From the NCBI GenBank assembly GCA_041499075.1, contig JBGQJN010000003.1, positions 1-49,108 on the forward strand: DNA of 49,108 bases, read 5' to 3'. The position numbers and the translations under genes are program-made. Below, piece after piece: positions 46,760 to 49,108 of the stretch. Numbering within the stretch: the first letter of the stretch is position 1; the number at the start of each line of letters is the position of its first letter. Source of the stretch: Minisyncoccia bacterium (GTDB lineage Bacteria > Patescibacteriota > Minisyncoccia > 2-02-FULL-40-12 > IGHO2-01-FULL-4-A). A model generated the notes under the pieces. That model saw only the letters and a list, made by a program, of their open reading frames with translations, ran no database searches and was not told the origin of the DNA.

Positions 46760-49108
46760 TTAGTGGGCTTGCTGATTACCACTATCTAAGTTCTTGGCAG
46801 AGACTTCAAGAACAACAGTAGAACCTACTTTGATTTCGTAGCTCGCAGTATCTTTTTTACCTGGCTCTCCCAGATCGGTAAAGACAAAGCTTATCGTCGC
46901 TCCCGGAACGCCGTTGTAGCCACCAATACCTGTCGCCGTATAGGTATTGAAACCATTAGCCGTACTCTTGGGTGGTGCCGGATTACCAGCCTTAGTACAG
47001 AGAACGGATATTAAGCTATCAAGGTGGAATCTTTGGGCCTTGCCGGTTTTGTCGTTCCAGTTAATCTCCAGATTGTTTGGAGTCTGGGTAATATCGCAGT
47101 GGAGTTCGAAGCCGTGTGTGACTCTTACGCCACCCAACGGGGAGTCGTTGCCATTTTTGGCGGTAAATATACTGCCGCCGCCGGTCATACGCCGGCTATC
47201 GCTTACAGTGAATGTTTCCGTGCCGTTGGTGTTTACGTCTACGGCTGGCGGGTAATTAGCATCACCAGAGTATTCAGCCCGGAAGGTGTATGTTCCTAGC
47301 GTAGCTGGCGTGTACGGATCTGAAGTTACTGTTTGCGGACTATTTCCATTCACAGTTTTAACTCCGCCAACTTGGGTACCGCCACTGGTGCAGGTTGAAC
47401 CTGGACAGACAAAGAAAGTTACCGTGCCCGTAATCGGTACTCCATTTATTCCGGTAATGGTCGCGCTGTCAGTTACGGAACCATCGAGTATAATAGTCGT
47501 TGAGGAACGAACGGTAGTGATTTGAGGGGGTGGGATCTTGGTGTTCGTAAATGTACAGGTTACCGTCAGGCCGTCAACAAGAACGATACTTCCGGGAGTT
47601 TGTTGGTGGTCGCAATTTGCGCTGGTTTGTGTCCAACCGCCAAGTGGAGTTTCGGCGACTGAATATGTGCCGGCAACTAATGTCTGATTATTCGGAACGG
47701 CGGCATCGGTAAGTGTAAAGCCAGCATATATTCCACCTGTTGTTGTGAAAGCAAAGCTCTGCGGATCCAGCGCAGGATCAGTTACCTTGTCCACAATGAT
47801 GTGGCCTTTAGCGATAACCGTAAACGGTTCGCAAGATGCGGTGCTCGGTTGGTTATTATTGTCGCCGCCGTAACTGGCTAAGTAACTATAACTGCCGGAA
47901 GCAGGTGTAAATGGAGTTGAATCGGCAGAACCGCTAGCTAGCAGGCTTATTGGTGTTTCAATTGAAACTGGCGTATCGGTACATCCCCCATTGTTGAATA
48001 AATTAAAAGTTATGTTGCCGGTAGGGTTATTACCGGTTACCACCACGTGGTCATGGATCACCGTACCGGAAGTTACGCCGGTATTCGTGACGTCAGCATT
48101 TGCGGCATTCCTCACTTGAGTGATTGCCCCGGATTGGCTTTGATTCACCGTCAAAGGTTCGCAATCACTATCGGAAGGATTGTAGGTGCCATCCCCTTCG
48201 TAGTTAGCTTTGAAAGAATACGGACCGGCGTTAAGAGGACCTTCGGAATTTGAGGGATGAGCAATTCCGCTGCCATCTAGAAGAACTACACCAGCAGAAG
48301 CATCGGTATCGTTAGCACAACTCCCATTGAGATAGAAGGTAAAATCAACATTTCCAGTTGCTGTCGGACCGCCGCCGGTTACTGTCGCTTTATCATGCAC
48401 GGTGGTATTAAGCGGCACTGATGCCACGACTTGCTCTGAAGCATTATGGATTTCGGTTGTAGTATGCGACGTCAGTTTTTGAACGGTCAACACTTCGCAC
48501 TCCGCATCTGATGGATCGTGTTGGGCATCGCCGTTGTAGTGAACGAGATAAGAAACTGATCCTGCGACAGGAGTGAAGGGCGTGGATTCTGCAATACCAC
48601 TCCCATCAAGCGGTACATTGTTTTCATTTATTGAATCGCCGGTGCAGTCATCTGTGCTGAAACGTTGGAAATTAACGCTTCCGCTGGCAGTGATACCGTC
48701 GGTTACCACTGCTTGATCATGGACAACCGTGCCTACATCTACGGTCGTACCTGTGATAATATCATGATTTGCATTGTGAATGTGGGTCGTAATTACAGAA
48801 CCGATTTTGTTTACCGTTACCGGCTCGTTGCAATTGCTAGAAATAGGATTATTGTTCCCGTCGCCCGAGTAGCTTGCTGACCAGTGCCATAAGCCGGAAA
48901 TGTCTGAAATAAATCCGGGACTAGTTGCGGCACTATTACCGCTAAGTGGAACGACTTGGTTATAGACAGACTGGAGACATTCCGAATCAGCGGGACGGTA
49001 GAGATCGAAGGTGATGCTTCCGGTTGGATTAAGCCCGCCGGAAAGTGTCGCCGAGTCATTTAGAGTATCACCGACATTAGCGCTTGTTGGATTGGGTAAA
49101 GTAGTGAT
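46760..49108 (-). CDS. Large surface protein with tandem Cys-paired Ig-like repeats (5' end outside the window)
   Basis: Frame stays open from 49108; ~105-aa repeats D.ATV.G..PTG.V.F...C...Y.GD....S..CE.LTV; one SpaA-like IIVDK...YSVAET...TFTN unit; C-terminal RMTGGG domain. Confidence 0.85.
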   Translation of the reverse strand: MTTLPNPTSANVGDTLNDSATLSGGLNPTGSITFDLYRPADSECLQSVYNQVVPLSGNSAATSPGFISDISGLWHWSASYSGDGNNNPISSNCNEPVTVNKIGSVITTHIHNANHDIITGTTVDVGTVVHDQAVVTDGITASGSVNFQRFSTDDCTGDSINENNVPLDGSGIAESTPFTPVAGSVSYLVHYNGDAQHDPSDAECEVLTVQKLTSHTTTEIHNASEQVVASVPLNTTVHDKATVTGGGPTATGNVDFTFYLNGSCANDTDASAGVVLLDGSGIAHPSNSEGPLNAGPYSFKANYEGDGTYNPSDSDCEPLTVNQSQSGAITQVRNAANADVTNTGVTSGTVIHDHVVVTGNNPTGNITFNLFNNGGCTDTPVSIETPISLLASGSADSTPFTPASGSYSYLASYGGDNNNQPSTASCEPFTVIAKGHIIVDKVTDPALDPQSFAFTTTGGIYAGFTLTDAAVPNNQTLVAGTYSVAETPLGGWTQTSANCDHQQTPGSIVLVDGLTVTCTFTNTKIPPPQITTVRSSTTIILDGSVTDSATITGINGVPITGTVTFFVCPGSTCTSGGTQVGGVKTVNGNSPQTVTSDPYTPATLGTYTFRAEYSGDANYPPAVDVNTNGTETFTVSDSRRMTGGGSIFTAKNGNDSPLGGVRVTHGFELHCDITQTPNNLEINWNDKTGKAQRFHLDSLISVLCTKAGNPAPPKSTANGFNTYTATGIGGYNGVPGATISFVFTDLGEPGKKDTASYEIKVGSTVVLEVSAKNLDSGNQQAH

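Overview
The window looks like chromosome from a Patescibacteria (CPR, Parcubacteria-like) genome. This is an inference from the type IV pilus cluster without a secretin, the ComEC lacking its beta-lactamase domain, and many orphan membrane-anchored proteins. Most genes are on the minus strand. From left to right: (1) the end of an integrated element whose large serine recombinase reads through an antisense tRNA-His; (2) a complete type IV pilus/competence locus (large adhesin, minor pilins, pilD, major pilin, pilC, pilT, pilB, pilMNO-like, comF); (3) parB/parA; (4) a patch of small accessory genes, a beta-helix surface protein and a DUF151 nuclease; (5) fusA-rpsG-rpsL, a site-2 protease, rpmB and tRNA-Pro; (6) NUDIX, an adenylate kinase-like gene and comEC; (7) a frameshifted three-gene module encoding a DUF3626/ADP-ribosyltransferase-like domain; (8) gatA, gatC and ligA; (9) membrane proteins, a DrrAB-like ABC exporter, a deletion scar joining an ABC ATPase remnant to a purB remnant, and a large Ig-repeat adhesin running off the end. 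The most interesting unexplained structure is the putative helper-toxin-immunity trio, self-contained accessory cassettes with their own promoter/boxA/SD layout, DnaA-box-like motifs at fixed positions in pilus promoters, candidate sRNAs, and several families of short or structured repeats. All family assignments come from motif recognition by eye; no searches were run.
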